From: a virus | Lineage: Duplodnaviria; Caudoviricetes | Direction: 5' to 3' (one strand) | Length of the DNA: 50,843 nt | Virus record (IMG/VR): IMGVR_UViG_3300009786_000020 | Coordinates: 1-50,843 of that record | Part shown: positions 18,877 through 29,570 of the stretch, one piece after another | How positions within the stretch are numbered: position 1 is the stretch's first letter | Layout: each line of letters opens with the position of its first letter | Program-made: the position numbers and the translations under genes | The notes under the pieces: generated by a model | Seen by the model: the letters and a program-made list of their open reading frames with translations, nothing else | Told to the model about the DNA's origin: nothing | Databases searched by the model: none

Positions 18877-20412
18877 CTATAATGTGCCTGATGGGGCGTT
18901 CTTTTGAGAGCTTCCTCCGAAATCTTCAGGAACCATTGAGCCAAGTACCTTAGAAACTTCGTAGATAGTCCATGCATCCATAGCTAATCCTGCAGCTGTA
19001 CCTACTCCAGAGCCAGTTAAGAGGCCTCCTAAGGCTCCTTTAGCAAATAGTTTACCTGCTGCTTTCCATCCCATTTTCTTAGTAAGAGCTCTTAATAATC
19101 CCATACTACCGTATCTTTTCTTAAGTTTTGCGATTCGTTTTAGAGCATGCTTACCTTTGAAGGTTTGGGCTTCAGAAGTCATTCCTTTAAATTTCTTATA
19201 GCTCTTATCGTGTGCACCTTTCTTTTCTTCTAGTGCTGCGATAGCCTTTTTAAGTGAACCTTCTTTACCCTTCTTGCCACCAGTACCTGAGATTTTATCT
19301 ATGATTGATTGATGCTCTGCAATTTTCTTATTAACTTTTGCTATAGCAGCATTCTTAGCTATAACGGAACCTTTACCTTTAGGGGCTCCAGTTTTTAGTT
19401 TAGCAATTTTCTTTTTATAGTTATCAATTGATTTTTGTGCTTTGGATACAGCTGTTGGCTGTGATAGCATCTTAGCCTCTAATGCAGCTCTATCAGCGGC
19501 ATATGTAGGAGACTTTTTATCAAGAGCCTTAATACTTGCTTTTAACTTATCAACAACCTTCCCTTTACGCCCCTCTACTTTCAGTACAGCAGCTTTTGCA
19601 GCATCTCGTGCACTACGAGATTTAGTTAAGTCTTCAGCTTTAAATTTATTAATAGCATCTTGAAACTTCTTAGCTGCCGCAGTAGTAGTTTTAGAGTTCT
19701 TTAAGTCAAGGTTGTCAGCTAAGAATTTATCGAACCCAGGTTGTTTGGCAATATCTCTAAGCCCAGAGCCAGGAACTAATCCTTTTACTCCTTTCCAGGC
19801 ACCTTCTCCAGCGCCAGAAAGTGAACCCTGCTTAACACCTTCCATAAGAGCTCTACTACCTACAGCAAGTCCAGCAAATGTAGGATATTCAGACTCAGAA
19901 GCTGTATTTACACCTCTAGCTATCCATCCTCTATTTGGGATAACATATCCTGCTGATAAAGATTCAGGATTTCGAGCTGCTTGACGTAGTATCTCACGAT
20001 ACATATCAGGATTAGACTTCATAAAAGCTTCTATAGCAGGCCTGTCATAACCCATCTGCTCTATTTTAGCTAGCTTTTCATCTATTAAGCCCCCACGCTC
20101 GTCTTCTAAATTCTTATACAACTGAGCAAATTCCTTATAATTAGCTTGGGTACCAGCGACTTGCTTATATTGGTTCCACTCTTGAGACATTGAACTGTCT
20201 CCAGGAGTAAACTGCCCCTTACTATATTTAGGAGCATTGTTTTCAATAGAAAACTCGCCTATATCATAAAACTTATTGTATAAGTTATTCATATATGATT
20301 GAGTAGCTTCTTGCTGTATCTCAGCTTGAGACTTAATGTGGATTCCTTGAGTCATAGGAGCTCTCCCACCCTCAAGCCTTTGTCTATTCATCATTCCAAA
20401 ATTGATTGCCAT
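18877..20412 (-). CDS. Internal virion/ejection protein with a very Lys/Ala-rich C-terminal half
   Basis: Directly upstream of the giant protein; K-rich coiled coil; Gly-rich hydrophobic tail. Confidence 0.6.
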   Translation of the reverse strand: MAINFGMMNRQRLEGGRAPMTQGIHIKSQAEIQQEATQSYMNNLYNKFYDIGEFSIENNAPKYSKGQFTPGDSSMSQEWNQYKQVAGTQANYKEFAQLYKNLEDERGGLIDEKLAKIEQMGYDRPAIEAFMKSNPDMYREILRQAARNPESLSAGYVIPNRGWIARGVNTASESEYPTFAGLAVGSRALMEGVKQGSLSGAGEGAWKGVKGLVPGSGLRDIAKQPGFDKFLADNLDLKNSKTTTAAAKKFQDAINKFKAEDLTKSRSARDAAKAAVLKVEGRKGKVVDKLKASIKALDKKSPTYAADRAALEAKMLSQPTAVSKAQKSIDNYKKKIAKLKTGAPKGKGSVIAKNAAIAKVNKKIAEHQSIIDKISGTGGKKGKEGSLKKAIAALEEKKGAHDKSYKKFKGMTSEAQTFKGKHALKRIAKLKKRYGSMGLLRALTKKMGWKAAGKLFAKGALGGLLTGSGVGTAAGLAMDAWTIYEVSKVLGSMVPEDFGGSSQKNAPSGTL

Positions 20413-20427
20413 ACTATACTCCCATCT

Positions 20428-21840
20428 CTATTTAAACTTGCTTTTCAATTTGTCCCAAAAATTTAAATCTTGTCCTGCCTTCTGCAATGGGAATGGATAT
20501 TTTCCTGTACCTGCTCCAAACCCACCTTTTTCTTCAAGCAACTTATTAAGGTCATCCTGAGACAATTCGCCCATTTTCCACTGACTAAAAACGTCAATCC
20601 CTAATTGCGCTACTAATTCATCCGATGCGTCCTCAATATTACTACCACCAGATTTATATTCCTCATAAGCCTTGTTAAACTCTGTGTTTGATGCGACTGC
20701 AGTCTTAAACTGTTCTTTAGGGTGCTTATTAGGTGCATACTTTGTAAGGGCATTAGGGTCGTTAAGATTTATAAGATTGTTAGCTAGTTCATTTTGATTT
20801 AATGCATTCGCTTTATCTATAGCCTCTGTTTGGGAAGTATTTACATTAGAATTTGCTTGTCTAGCCTTTATTCTCTCTTGTTGTGCTAGCAATTTTTCAT
20901 ACTCTTCTTGGTCAGTAAGATTAGTAGTTCTAACCTCGTCAACCTCTTCAGAAGACTGATTATTTGATGGTTGCCAATTAGGGTCTATAAATGGGTCTGT
21001 GCTAGTATTGTTACTGATTTCGTCTAATACCTCATTTGAAGGTATATCATTAGAAGATATAGCGTTTGAAGTACGGTTCATGCCTGTAACTGCACCATTT
21101 TGGCTTTGTCGTCCAAATGTTAAGTTGTACTTAGTCTTTTCGTCCTCTGACATATTCCCATATATATCATCATCAGTTCTTAAAAGGGTTGATGGCTTCG
21201 CTTCTAGCGATTTCAGGTATGCTTCATAACCTTCTTGGTTACCTGAATGGTCTGGAGCAGTATGCTTATTCCATGCGTCTGTGAGGGCGTCATAGGCAAA
21301 TCCTGCGCCTTTTTTTAATCCGCCATAGGTCCAGGCACCTGCAGCTCCTGCGCCGCCTAGGACAGCACCTGCGCCCTGAAGTGCACCCTTCCCTACTGCA
21401 AGAGCACCCTTGCCAATAGCTCCAGGTATTTTTCCTATATGAGGTGCGGCCATATAACCTATCTTGCCCCAGTCACTCATTTCATTTGGGTCTACTTTAA
21501 ACTTAGACGCCTTTTTCAGCGCTTGTTTTGCATTGAAAGCCTCTTTTCTAGTGGTTTCCTTACCAGTACTACCAGATTCAGGGTCGTCCTTAAAGTACTG
21601 CTCGTCAATATATTCTCTCTTACCACCAAAGGAGCCTTCAAAATATGGCTTACCATTCTCATCATATTGTAAGTCCATATCCCATGGATTCCACCAGCCT
21701 GCATCCTTAGCCATATTTCCCTGAATCCCCCCTTGAGAGAAGTCAAGTGAACTGTCGGTACCTGATTGATATCTGTCCCAATCTACTTGAGCTCTATTAT
21801 TAGGTCCATATTGTATACCTGGTTTATAGTCTTCTGCCAT
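20428..21840 (-). CDS. Internal virion/ejection protein
   Basis: Position; Gly/Ala-rich amphipathic stretch GKGALAVGKGALQGAGAVLGGAGAAG. Confidence 0.55.
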   Translation of the reverse strand: MAEDYKPGIQYGPNNRAQVDWDRYQSGTDSSLDFSQGGIQGNMAKDAGWWNPWDMDLQYDENGKPYFEGSFGGKREYIDEQYFKDDPESGSTGKETTRKEAFNAKQALKKASKFKVDPNEMSDWGKIGYMAAPHIGKIPGAIGKGALAVGKGALQGAGAVLGGAGAAGAWTYGGLKKGAGFAYDALTDAWNKHTAPDHSGNQEGYEAYLKSLEAKPSTLLRTDDDIYGNMSEDEKTKYNLTFGRQSQNGAVTGMNRTSNAISSNDIPSNEVLDEISNNTSTDPFIDPNWQPSNNQSSEEVDEVRTTNLTDQEEYEKLLAQQERIKARQANSNVNTSQTEAIDKANALNQNELANNLINLNDPNALTKYAPNKHPKEQFKTAVASNTEFNKAYEEYKSGGSNIEDASDELVAQLGIDVFSQWKMGELSQDDLNKLLEEKGGFGAGTGKYPFPLQKAGQDLNFWDKLKSKFK

Positions 21841-21842
21841 TA

Positions 21843-22385
21843 TTATTTACCTCCAGGTAAAAAGTTCTCTAAGCCTTTAGTAAGTAAACCTTGTCCAAAG
21901 TCACCAATGTTATCAAACATCCCACTTTGCCATTCATCTTGATTAGATTGATTAAGTAAGTCTTGATTAGCCATAGTTTCACCATAGGCTCTCTCATTAC
22001 CCATTACTTGACCTAAGATACCAGCGCCACGTTGTTGTGACTTCCCAAACCAGTCAAGGAATTGTCCACCTACTTTAGACATTGAGTTCGACATTGCTTC
22101 TCTGCCTTGTTGTGCAGCAATACCTGAATATTGTCCAAATTTTCCCATCATTCTACTAGCCTGGTTACCTATTTGAGAACCAGTATTAGCGGCTTGATTT
22201 GAAAGATAAGACTTGACTCTCCCGGCTTGGTCGCCGCCCCAGTCCATCATATCCTCACCAATTTCACCCATCTGGTCCATTCTTTGTTTCCATGGCTCCA
22301 TTTGACCTGATATATCTACTTCTTTTGGTTTATTTAAATATTGGGAACCCATACTTAGGAGCCCGCCTATTATTGTTGGCCACAT
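21843..22385 (-). CDS. Ejection (pilot-like) protein
   Basis: G/Q/M-rich, hydrophobic N-terminus MWPTIIGGLLSMG; follows the nozzle genes. Confidence 0.55.
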   Translation of the reverse strand: MWPTIIGGLLSMGSQYLNKPKEVDISGQMEPWKQRMDQMGEIGEDMMDWGGDQAGRVKSYLSNQAANTGSQIGNQASRMMGKFGQYSGIAAQQGREAMSNSMSKVGGQFLDWFGKSQQRGAGILGQVMGNERAYGETMANQDLLNQSNQDEWQSGMFDNIGDFGQGLLTKGLENFLPGGK

Positions 22386-22386
22386 A

Positions 22387-22605
22387 TTAATCTCCTTTCA
22401 GGGTTTTCCACCCGCTTCTATCTCTATATTGCAGACCTTTATCAGTAACCCTAACATCACCTTGTCTACCCTGGTGTTCGCGTTGGTTATTAAATCCGTT
22501 TACTGCATTAATTATCATATTTAAATCATCATACACCTGCTTGAATACTCTATCTACTGCAGGGTCTTCACTGTATCTAGGTGGCTTTAGATTTCTTATT
22601 GCCAT
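22387..22605 (-). CDS. Small hypothetical virion protein
   Basis: Coupled to the nozzle gene. Confidence 0.6.
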   Translation of the reverse strand: MAIRNLKPPRYSEDPAVDRVFKQVYDDLNMIINAVNGFNNQREHQGRQGDVRVTDKGLQYRDRSGWKTLKGD

Positions 22606-25600
22606 TACTTAACCCTCCTAGGCTTACCTGAGAAGCTTATAGCCTCTAGTGAACCTGTTTGGTCTACTAGCCTAACTTGTATAGTCATACCCTTTTTCAC
22701 ACTAAATTTGTATAATTCTATAACATTGTCCTGAACTTTGATATCAAAACCAACAGACACTCCATCCACAAGGACCCGAAAATTGTCACCTTCTGTTACA
22801 AGCCCCTTACCTCTAATATATATTTTGCTAAATTTCTTATTAACATTAGCTACATCAAAATCGATTTCTTTACTGTCCCATGTCCATAATCGCTTAGAAC
22901 TCCCCTTATTAAAGGACTTGATTGCTTCGGGAGTTGCCATATATATTTCGCCCAAAGGTCCTTGTGTAACAGTTGAAATATATTCTGAATCTGAAAATGT
23001 CCATGAGCCAGACAGTCTATTATAAATAAAGGCTTTATTGTCATATTGATTAACATTAGGGATATGTGATGTTACTTCATCATATGAATAGTAGGTACCT
23101 CCGTCAGGTTGTTCTGAGGACGTCTGAACATATTTATATGAGACAGATGCATAAGTAACTAAGGTTCCGTGTGCTACAGAGACAAGTCCGCCGCTCGTAA
23201 CAGAATTAATAGTTGGTGTAAGGGCAGTACCTCCAGCGTTATAAAAGGTAATCATTGTAACGTCCGTCACAACATCATGAATTTTACTTAACTGTACAGT
23301 ATCATCAGCTGGTGACCCAGTGGCTGTGTATACGGTGTTAGCAAATACGTCTGTGTACGGAGTGTTCCACGCATACGTTGTTACTGTACTCTCTATAGCA
23401 TCCTCAGCCGGAACAACTCCAGTTAATTCTCTATAGAAAATAACATATGAGTTAATAGTGGCATCATATGCAACATGAATCATATCCTTTGTTATCTCTT
23501 GCCACCCCTTAAACTCTGAGGTCTCTAAGGAGGTTAAAATAGGTGCTCCAATAGATGTAGGTTTAGAACCGTCATGTAAGTATATATTATTATGGTCTGC
23601 AAAGCACATTCCATATTCAGTTACTACAAATGCATTTCTGCCAAAGCAACCAACACCTTCATAAGTATCTTCTATAAACAGTGTATCTGGATTAATTCTA
23701 TATGTATTGACATCATCCCATACATATATGCGTCCATTAAATGCTGCTATTGCAGTAGGAATATTAGGTAATACTGCAATTTCATTTGCCCAGTCAAAAA
23801 TATGAAAATTGTTTGGTTTAGATGAACATATTAAATGCGACATATCTTCATGAGGATTACCAGGACTTGCCAAGTTTACAGCATATAATCTGCCTCCAAG
23901 AACCGCAGACTGTTCAAAATATACAATAGGTCGTCTAGCTATTTCACTTAGACCGGTATCTCCTGAAAAGGTCCCTAATACATCCCCGTCATCTAACACT
24001 GAGCACCTAATCTGCAACCCTGATGTATCTACTGGCATAAACCGCCCTAACTTAATAGAAAGAGCTTCTGCATAATATTGACTAGTAGGGTCCTTACGAT
24101 ACACTAATACATGTGTAACACGTGGGTCCGGCTTACTTATTACTAAATTAACTTTCAATGAGTCAGCTGAATCCAAAGGGTCTGAACCTAGGATAGTCAC
24201 TTCATGGGTCCAAGCTCCTTTTCCCATAGGGCTAATATAACTACCTTCATATAGATAAGCTATCTTATATTTATATTCTTCGCCGTCTTTAAAGTACCCA
24301 CCCACTACTTCAGTTCCGTTTTCTATATCAGTATACATTGATTGGCCCCAAACGCCATCCCAAGCTGGGGTAGTAGCAGATGCATCATATTCATGATAAC
24401 CTAATGCTTCTGATGAAAGGCAACCTAATGAACCATCAGCTATAGCAGTGGTCCCATCAGACTCCAAACTAATAGGGAATAGTATAGGCCTTGTAATTAC
24501 CCTTGTTGAGGCACCACCAAAATCACTACTCATATTATCTACACTTTTGAATCCGGTACCAGTCGTACCTAATTTAGTAAAGTATGTAATACTTTTACTT
24601 CTTATATTTGTTACATTTCCATCGTGCTCAAGTTTTAATACATAAAATTCACTACCGCGCCCATTTTCATCCTCTGTAATTAGTGCAATATGAAGAGGAT
24701 TGGCTGTATCAACACTGGCCTCATGAATGAGAACAGGGTCAGTTATAGTGGCTATATTTGTACCTGCAGTTTGTATCTGTTGAGATACTGTGTCAGCTAG
24801 ATTTGTCATTTCACATTGAACAGGAGCCCATTGAACTATCTCTTCATTAGATACATCTATTGGTATAGGTAGCATAGCCTTTGTAAGACTCATATAAGCA
24901 GTACCATTAAGTGTTTCATATTGGGGCGAGAGTTTAGATAATGACCATAAGGCTGACCAATAAGAGTTATATGCTCCACTCCAAGCAGCGCCTGACCAAG
25001 TAGCACTAGGGTGTACATACTGAGTAAGATGCGGTAAGGTGTATGTTCCTTGCATTGCTCCAGAACCCTGAACAAAATCTTCGCTCCAGTCTCTATCATT
25101 GAAGGTGTATAAGAATGAGTCAACTGCTTCTGTTGAACCAGCAGCCTTACTCCCTATTGCAGGTAGGTCTACCACCCCAGAATAATCGTCTTGCCACTGA
25201 GCAATTCCACCAAATTTAACCCATGCATTATCTGAGTGCGCTACTACTCCTATAATAGGGTCAAATGTCTCATTAATTTTATAGTTATCAATTATGCCTA
25301 TGCCGAGTCTAGGAAGATATATAGATACTCCGCTAGACCATCCTGTATCAAACCCTAATGCATAATATTTATCAGTACCTCCTGGAGCTATCTGTGCCTG
25401 TATATAGCTATTAATAAATGTCCCCATCGCAGATATCCCAGCTGAACCGCCAAATGTAAATAGTGAGGCTAAAAAAACTTTCCCTATAGTAGGCAAAACA
25501 AATGACCTAAAAAAGCTTGTGGCTAGAGGTCCTAATGGCCCTGCCCCGAATGTTCCTGCTATAAGCCATGCAAAGGCAACTACGTCAATAAGCACTTCAA

Positions 25601-27173
25601 GTAACCCTGCAAAGGCACTGGCCCACCAATCACCTGTACTTGTATAAGCTGACTCCTGATACTCGGTAGTTTGTTCTGTATAGCTGCCCTCATCAGTCTT
25701 TATTTTTGTTATAATTGTTAAATAGTTATAAAAAGCACCATCCCAATCTTTAGGGTCTTTAAATTTTATTCTGTCCTTATCATGATATATTGCATGCCTA
25801 CTATTACTTTTAACTTCACCCCACCAATGGTAAGATTTAAAGTGTCCAGGTGAAGTTTTAGAGCAGATATTATTAGGTATGCTTCTATTAGAAAGCTGTA
25901 ATGTATGAAAAATAGACACACCTGTCTGATAATTTTCTTCCATCTCTCCGATGCTACCTGTAAATATTTGAGCTTCACCCTCACCGAAACCAGTATTCTT
26001 GTAGGCAGATACAACCATTGTAACATCTTCTCTAAAACAAGGAGTCACAGAAGCCCAGTTCCCATCCATTGAAGTATTATTTCTATAAGTAGCAATATCC
26101 CCTATTGTTGAACCTTCAGGGAATGATACTAGGGGATTCTTAAAGTCAAATGTAATATCTTGTAACATATTAATTGTAAGTTCGCCACTAACTATAGTGA
26201 GCTCAGCTTTGGCAACTCGAAGGACTTCATAGCCGGAAATATATATACTTGGAGTTGCATTTACGTTCACCTCTCCAGTTTCCCAATCATATTCATAAGC
26301 AAGGGCTATAGATGAAATTGGAAAACCTAAGTCATCTGATATAATAATATCAGATGAAGATTTGCTAATTGCATATAACTTCTTGTGGGATACAGAAATG
26401 CCTATATTATAATGTTCAAAATTAGTATTATCAGGTAATAGCATTTTCAGCCCAGGTACTTCAATAACCTTATCAATACTTTCCTCAGGAGAGTTAGCTG
26501 TCTTAGGCGCTCTTATTTCTAATGGAGCCATAGAATAGCTCCCTTTGCCAGCAACATCCCTTTTATAAGAAACAATCATTGGTTCTGATTCAGGTCCATA
26601 TCCTACAAATACATTTTTATCATAGACATCCATATCAGTAGGCTTACTTTTAGCAACGCCCTCTGTACCAGCACCTTCTAATGTAATACCCGCCTGGTCT
26701 ATGCTGACTTCTGTATATTGCCCATTTTCATTAGGCTCTGTATCAAGGTTAAAAAACTTTATAATACCAGTATCTGCGTCTGTATAAATAAGGTCTGTAG
26801 TTCTTTCGTGATGAATTGGAGCAATCATATAAGCATCAAACTCATCTAGTGAATAGACGGACTGCCATATATCTCCAGCAGCATAATTTGTAACTGCCAT
26901 GTCCCAATAGGCACTAATTGTGGCTTCAAGTCCACTACCTATATCTTCGGTAATTATACCTTGCCAACCAGAAGTAATTGCTCGTGGCGTATAAGCAACA
27001 TTAGTAGCAGGGTCAACTGTCTCAATCCACTGAGACCACGACTCATTTGTTCCTTGTGTTATAGAATAAAAGCTCCTAAAGTGTGTGGTGGAAGTCATTA
27101 TTACAAATACTTTAAACCTAATGAAATTGCCACCATAGTCTTTTGACATATATATATCTGTATTTGCGGCCAT
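22605..27173 (-). CDS. Tail nozzle/stabilization-type protein (1522 aa)
   Basis: C-terminal propeller-like motifs (PTAIAAFNGRIYVW, GVGCFG, NIYLHDG) and WDSKEIDF...KKFSKIYI ending; podovirus gene order. Confidence 0.65.
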   Translation of the reverse strand: MAANTDIYMSKDYGGNFIRFKVFVIMTSTTHFRSFYSITQGTNESWSQWIETVDPATNVAYTPRAITSGWQGIITEDIGSGLEATISAYWDMAVTNYAAGDIWQSVYSLDEFDAYMIAPIHHERTTDLIYTDADTGIIKFFNLDTEPNENGQYTEVSIDQAGITLEGAGTEGVAKSKPTDMDVYDKNVFVGYGPESEPMIVSYKRDVAGKGSYSMAPLEIRAPKTANSPEESIDKVIEVPGLKMLLPDNTNFEHYNIGISVSHKKLYAISKSSSDIIISDDLGFPISSIALAYEYDWETGEVNVNATPSIYISGYEVLRVAKAELTIVSGELTINMLQDITFDFKNPLVSFPEGSTIGDIATYRNNTSMDGNWASVTPCFREDVTMVVSAYKNTGFGEGEAQIFTGSIGEMEENYQTGVSIFHTLQLSNRSIPNNICSKTSPGHFKSYHWWGEVKSNSRHAIYHDKDRIKFKDPKDWDGAFYNYLTIITKIKTDEGSYTEQTTEYQESAYTSTGDWWASAFAGLLEVLIDVVAFAWLIAGTFGAGPLGPLATSFFRSFVLPTIGKVFLASLFTFGGSAGISAMGTFINSYIQAQIAPGGTDKYYALGFDTGWSSGVSIYLPRLGIGIIDNYKINETFDPIIGVVAHSDNAWVKFGGIAQWQDDYSGVVDLPAIGSKAAGSTEAVDSFLYTFNDRDWSEDFVQGSGAMQGTYTLPHLTQYVHPSATWSGAAWSGAYNSYWSALWSLSKLSPQYETLNGTAYMSLTKAMLPIPIDVSNEEIVQWAPVQCEMTNLADTVSQQIQTAGTNIATITDPVLIHEASVDTANPLHIALITEDENGRGSEFYVLKLEHDGNVTNIRSKSITYFTKLGTTGTGFKSVDNMSSDFGGASTRVITRPILFPISLESDGTTAIADGSLGCLSSEALGYHEYDASATTPAWDGVWGQSMYTDIENGTEVVGGYFKDGEEYKYKIAYLYEGSYISPMGKGAWTHEVTILGSDPLDSADSLKVNLVISKPDPRVTHVLVYRKDPTSQYYAEALSIKLGRFMPVDTSGLQIRCSVLDDGDVLGTFSGDTGLSEIARRPIVYFEQSAVLGGRLYAVNLASPGNPHEDMSHLICSSKPNNFHIFDWANEIAVLPNIPTAIAAFNGRIYVWDDVNTYRINPDTLFIEDTYEGVGCFGRNAFVVTEYGMCFADHNNIYLHDGSKPTSIGAPILTSLETSEFKGWQEITKDMIHVAYDATINSYVIFYRELTGVVPAEDAIESTVTTYAWNTPYTDVFANTVYTATGSPADDTVQLSKIHDVVTDVTMITFYNAGGTALTPTINSVTSGGLVSVAHGTLVTYASVSYKYVQTSSEQPDGGTYYSYDEVTSHIPNVNQYDNKAFIYNRLSGSWTFSDSEYISTVTQGPLGEIYMATPEAIKSFNKGSSKRLWTWDSKEIDFDVANVNKKFSKIYIRGKGLVTEGDNFRVLVDGVSVGFDIKVQDNVIELYKFSVKKGMTIQVRLVDQTGSLEAISFSGKPRRVK

Positions 27174-29569
27174 TATGCAAAATCTCCCATATCATCTTGT
27201 GTATAATGCCAGAATGATGATGCCAGCTCTGTCTCCCAGCTTGGTAAAGCTCCAGAAATAGGATTACCAGCGCCCAAGCTTGTGGAGCCAACCGCCCTAT
27301 GAATATGAAAGTATAGTCCGTTATGAGTACCTCCGTTGTTTGAAGCTGTCCAGTTTGAATTGGTCGGGAATTGAGCAGCTAACATAGTTTGTAATTCCGC
27401 TTCAGTGTAATTTAATGTGAGTACAATTTTTGCTTTGCCAGTGGTAGTGGCCGAAATATCGACAATAGGAGTTATTGCAGAGTCATTGCCAAGGTCATAG
27501 TTTAGGGTCTGCATAGTATTTAAGCCATTCCCACCAATAGATGTGAAAAACTCAGTTTCAAATCTGTAATTATTAACAAACCAAGCTAAATCTTCTGTGC
27601 CAACGGGGGTGTGAAACGAATCAGTAAATGAAATTAGTAGACGCCCTGTCAGAATATCAGACATTGTAAAGGCTAGTGATGCAGGGTTACCAGTAGCTAC
27701 ATTATTGTGAACTCTAGGTAGTGGTATTAGATTTCCGTTTGCATCATCAATAGCAGCTGAAAGATGGCTGAGTGCAGTTATGTGAATAGTCTTTGGTGCT
27801 GGCATATAATTGGCAAAGTCATCTGTACCATAATAATTCATCTGCCCGGGATTAGCTATACTCATAATAGTAGCAGTATTATACAGTGTAAGAGATTGAG
27901 TAAAATTCCAGTTGTCATTATAGACCTGCTTATAGGCCTCCCTATAATCGCTCTCTTGAGGTATTCCATACCCAGCCCCAGTATCTTTCGTAGCATACCA
28001 CTGACTTAACTGATAGGCGCCCTGATAGTTATTACCATGGTGTGTCAATAGGTTCCCCCAATCCGCCGAGCCCCCACCACTCTGGTACTGCTCTAAATCA
28101 AGAACCGCCACCGCAACTAGTTTATAAGAATGCCATTTTTCTCTTGTCTTCATTGAGTCCGTAACCATTGCAGGAAATTCTACTGTTCTATCATGGTCTT
28201 CCCAATAATCATTGGTATCTGGGTATATACTACTAAACATCCAGTCGTCAATATAAGTATCACTATAATATTGAGAATAGAGTAATTGTGCGAATTTGTC
28301 ATCCTCTGTTGGGTTAAGGTCGTTTGTAAGCCAGATATCTATATGATGCACCTTACCCTGACTCACTATTCGCCAGTCATTAGTGTGTTGGTGCCAGTCA
28401 TCAATTACTTGAGACGAACCGTCGCCCCCAATAGCAAAATACGAATGAGAATGAGGGGCATCAAAAGCCTGGCTCATGTCTAATCGTATTCTGAATTTTT
28501 GATTTATACCATTATAATGAGCGGTAGAGTACTTAGCCGTACTATTAGGCTGGATTACGTCCCAATCTCCTCCAGTAAAATCAGGAGGCAAATTGTCTGC
28601 CCACACTGGTCTACAAAAGTCGTCCCCGTTTGTCGGGAAGTACACATCAGTATCCTCTTCAACTCCACCAGTAGTATCTTCTAAGTGTACATTAAAGAAA
28701 ACTTGGCCTAAAAAATCCCAATCAGCCGATGACTGCTCTTTTGAGTAAGCTCTAATCTGAAAATTTGCATAAGTATCAGGGGCTACTAATACTCCTTCAA
28801 ATGATGTAGCCGCAGTCTGGTCGAATCCGCAATAAAAAGTCCCTGTTGCAATATCTGGGTCAAGGACGCCCGATACTGTCGTTATTTCAGTCCATATTCC
28901 ATTCACCTTATGAAGCAGCTGCCCCTTAACATCAATAGGGTCACCAAAATTAAGGTGACACATAAATACGAGATATCTAGTTACCCAAGTAGGGGCAGCA
29001 GGAAGTGCGATGTCGTCAGTACCTTGGTTTCCTCCAGTGACTTGATGCTCTATTTTCTGAAGATAGTCTATATAGATAGGTGTGGCTATAGATGTATTCC
29101 ATGTCCCACCAGTGACTTGCAATTCATGCTCACCCCAAGGCACCAACTCAGCAATTCCACCTGGCACAGCAACAGCGCTATTCCATTGTACGGATGGATT
29201 TACAGCTAAGCTTGGTGAAGCTATATTGATAGCAGAATTACCAACAATGTCTACACTAAATGCTAGAGGTGTAGACGCATCTAATATCTGGTCTTTCCCA
29301 GTGTATGCGAATCCAACCGTGTCGGTGGATATATCATAATTGGCCTCTAGAATGCCGCCTCCATCGGATATATACCCAGTAGAGCCTTTAGAAAAATTAG
29401 CGCCTGCAATTAAGACGTGGTCTTCATTAATAGCTTTTAATATTCCATGAGCTGAATGAGGATGCACATTCTTTGAATAAGGGGATGCACTATCTGGCAT
29501 GTCTTCAGGAGACACCGAGTTAGCTATTCCTTTTCCAAATCCTCTTATCTCTTTCAGCTGTTTTGCCAT
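27173..29569 (-). CDS. Tail protein; N-terminus resembles the start of nozzle/stabilization proteins, the rest is beta-rich
   Basis: MAKQLKEIRGFGKGIANSVSPEDMP...N start; aromatic/Asp-rich body. Confidence 0.55.
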   Translation of the reverse strand: MAKQLKEIRGFGKGIANSVSPEDMPDSASPYSKNVHPHSAHGILKAINEDHVLIAGANFSKGSTGYISDGGGILEANYDISTDTVGFAYTGKDQILDASTPLAFSVDIVGNSAINIASPSLAVNPSVQWNSAVAVPGGIAELVPWGEHELQVTGGTWNTSIATPIYIDYLQKIEHQVTGGNQGTDDIALPAAPTWVTRYLVFMCHLNFGDPIDVKGQLLHKVNGIWTEITTVSGVLDPDIATGTFYCGFDQTAATSFEGVLVAPDTYANFQIRAYSKEQSSADWDFLGQVFFNVHLEDTTGGVEEDTDVYFPTNGDDFCRPVWADNLPPDFTGGDWDVIQPNSTAKYSTAHYNGINQKFRIRLDMSQAFDAPHSHSYFAIGGDGSSQVIDDWHQHTNDWRIVSQGKVHHIDIWLTNDLNPTEDDKFAQLLYSQYYSDTYIDDWMFSSIYPDTNDYWEDHDRTVEFPAMVTDSMKTREKWHSYKLVAVAVLDLEQYQSGGGSADWGNLLTHHGNNYQGAYQLSQWYATKDTGAGYGIPQESDYREAYKQVYNDNWNFTQSLTLYNTATIMSIANPGQMNYYGTDDFANYMPAPKTIHITALSHLSAAIDDANGNLIPLPRVHNNVATGNPASLAFTMSDILTGRLLISFTDSFHTPVGTEDLAWFVNNYRFETEFFTSIGGNGLNTMQTLNYDLGNDSAITPIVDISATTTGKAKIVLTLNYTEAELQTMLAAQFPTNSNWTASNNGGTHNGLYFHIHRAVGSTSLGAGNPISGALPSWETELASSFWHYTQDDMGDFA

Positions 29570-29570
29570 A

